Shown piece by piece: positions 62,755 to 64,000 of a DNA stretch of 64,000 nt. The DNA comes from Sphyrna mokarran (Eukaryota). The notes beneath the pieces are model-generated. The model worked only from the letters and a program-made list of their open reading frames with translations, did no database searches and had not been told where the DNA came from. The stretch covers positions 2,046,001 to 2,110,000 of the forward strand of contig JAGIQG010000016.1 in NCBI GenBank assembly GCA_024679065.1, written 5' to 3'. Numbering within the stretch: the stretch's first letter is position 1; each line of letters opens with the position of its first letter. The translations under genes and the position numbers were made by a program.

Positions 62755-63200
62755 TCCCGTGGGAGCGGCTCCCGCATTCTCCCCCGCTCCCCGTGGGAGC
62801 GGCTCCCGCATTCCCCCCCGCTCCCCGTGGGAGCGGCTCCCGCATTCCCCCCCGCTCCCCGTGGGAGCGGCTCCCGCATTCCCCCCCGCTCCCCGTGGGA
62901 GCGGCTCCCGCATTCCCCCCCGCTCCCCGTGGGAGCGGCTCCCGCATTCCCCCCCCCCCCGCTCCCCGTGGGAGCGGCTCCCGCATTCCCCCCCGCTCCC
63001 CGTGGGAGCGGCTCCCGCATTCCCCCCCGCTCCCCGTGGGAGCGGCTCCCGCATTCCCCCCCGCTCCCCGTGGGAGCGGCTCCCGCATTCCCCCCCGCTC
63101 CCCGTGGGAGCGGCTCCCGCATTCTCCCCCGCTCCCCGTGGGAGCGGCTCCCGCATTCCCCCCACTCTCCCCGTGGGAACAAGTTCTACGTTCTCCCCAC
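62755..63200. repeat. ~34-bp GC-rich minisatellite
   Basis: About 13 units of CGCTCCCCGTGGGAGCGGCTCCCGCATTCCCCCC. Confidence 0.95.
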
Positions 63201-63543
63201 TCTCCAGGTAAAGAAGTTTCTCCTGAATTCCTGGTTGGATTAATTAGTGAGTGTCACATATCAATGGTTCTGCTCTGACATCTAATCCTGGGCTTCACTT
63301 CCTACCTTAGAGCAATCATGATGCTCCTTGATTGCTAAGAAGCATTTTGAGAAACCACATAGTGCCAGTAGGCGCTACAGAAATGCAGATCTATCTTTAT
63401 ATTGAATGTCTCAAAGCGGTGTTCCGATCCTCAGCCTGAGCAATAGGTGGATTTGGCCTTCAGAAAACACATCATCACAATCCCCTGCCCCCCCACCGCA
63501 TGGCTCCAACGTCTCTTGCACCTGCTCAGTGTGCCATACTCAC

Positions 63544-63776
63544 AGCCTCAACTCTGCCTTGACGGGGTTGGGGACTCGCTGGTAACACACGCTGAAGAGG
63601 CCGCACGCCGATGTCCGCGAGGTGAACCAGTCGCCACTGGCCAAGCGCTTAACCAGCGGCACAAAGTATCGCTCCAGATCGAGTGCCGAGTGCTCCTTGG
63701 AGATGGCACGCAGCGACTCCACTGCCTTGTCCCTCACCACTGTCTCCTCCACTGTGGCCAGGCTTTCCAGCGGAGG
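63544..63776 (-). CDS. PPP2R1A: PP2A scaffold A subunit, exon 4
   Basis: 233 bp; [23 protein letters not shown]...[14 protein letters not shown]; A versus B paralogue assigned mainly by synteny. Confidence 0.96.
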
Positions 63777-64000
63777 CTGATTCCAGGAGGTGGGGGGAGG
63801 ACAAGAAATACAGGCATTTACACAGAAATATTACCACAATGTATCCGAGAATTGTGCACAGACAAACTCGAGGAGATGCAGAATGGGTCTGTGTAACAGG
63901 ATCGAGGAACTGAATGGCCTCCTCCTGTTCCTGTGTAACAGGCTCGAGGGGCTGAATGGGGCCTCCTCCTGTTCCTGTGTAATGGGGGATCCTTCCTGTC

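Overview
Eukaryotic, repeat-rich vertebrate DNA, most likely from a shark or other cartilaginous fish (inferred from HE1-like V-SINEs, Deu-domain SINEs and CR1/Penelope content). There are three host genes. (1) The 5' part of a Siglec-family gene on the minus strand: non-coding exon, signal-peptide exon, V-set exon with the essential Arg, and a C2 exon; it continues off the left edge. (2) A single-coding-exon chemoattractant GPCR (FPR/CMKLR1-like) on the plus strand, with one frameshift. (3) Exons 4-15 of a PP2A scaffold A subunit gene (PPP2R1A-like) on the minus strand. The order Siglec - FPR-like - PPP2R1A matches human 19q13.41. Between the GPCR and PPP2R1A lies a 9.5-kb endogenous retrovirus (24820-34332) with near-identical LTRs, a tRNA-Ser PBS, gag-TAG-pol readthrough organisation and an internally deleted env. 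Its Pol carries an extra domain between protease and RT with two HxT motifs, resembling a 2H phosphodiesterase; this is a candidate viral antagonist of nucleotide immune signals. The Siglec first exon/promoter also has an inverted ~300-bp paralogous copy positioned to serve as the first exon of the GPCR. The rest is CR1, Rex1 and Penelope elements, SINEs, SINE/LINE-derived minisatellites, simple repeats and four N gaps. All coordinates and identities were read by eye; no database searches were run.
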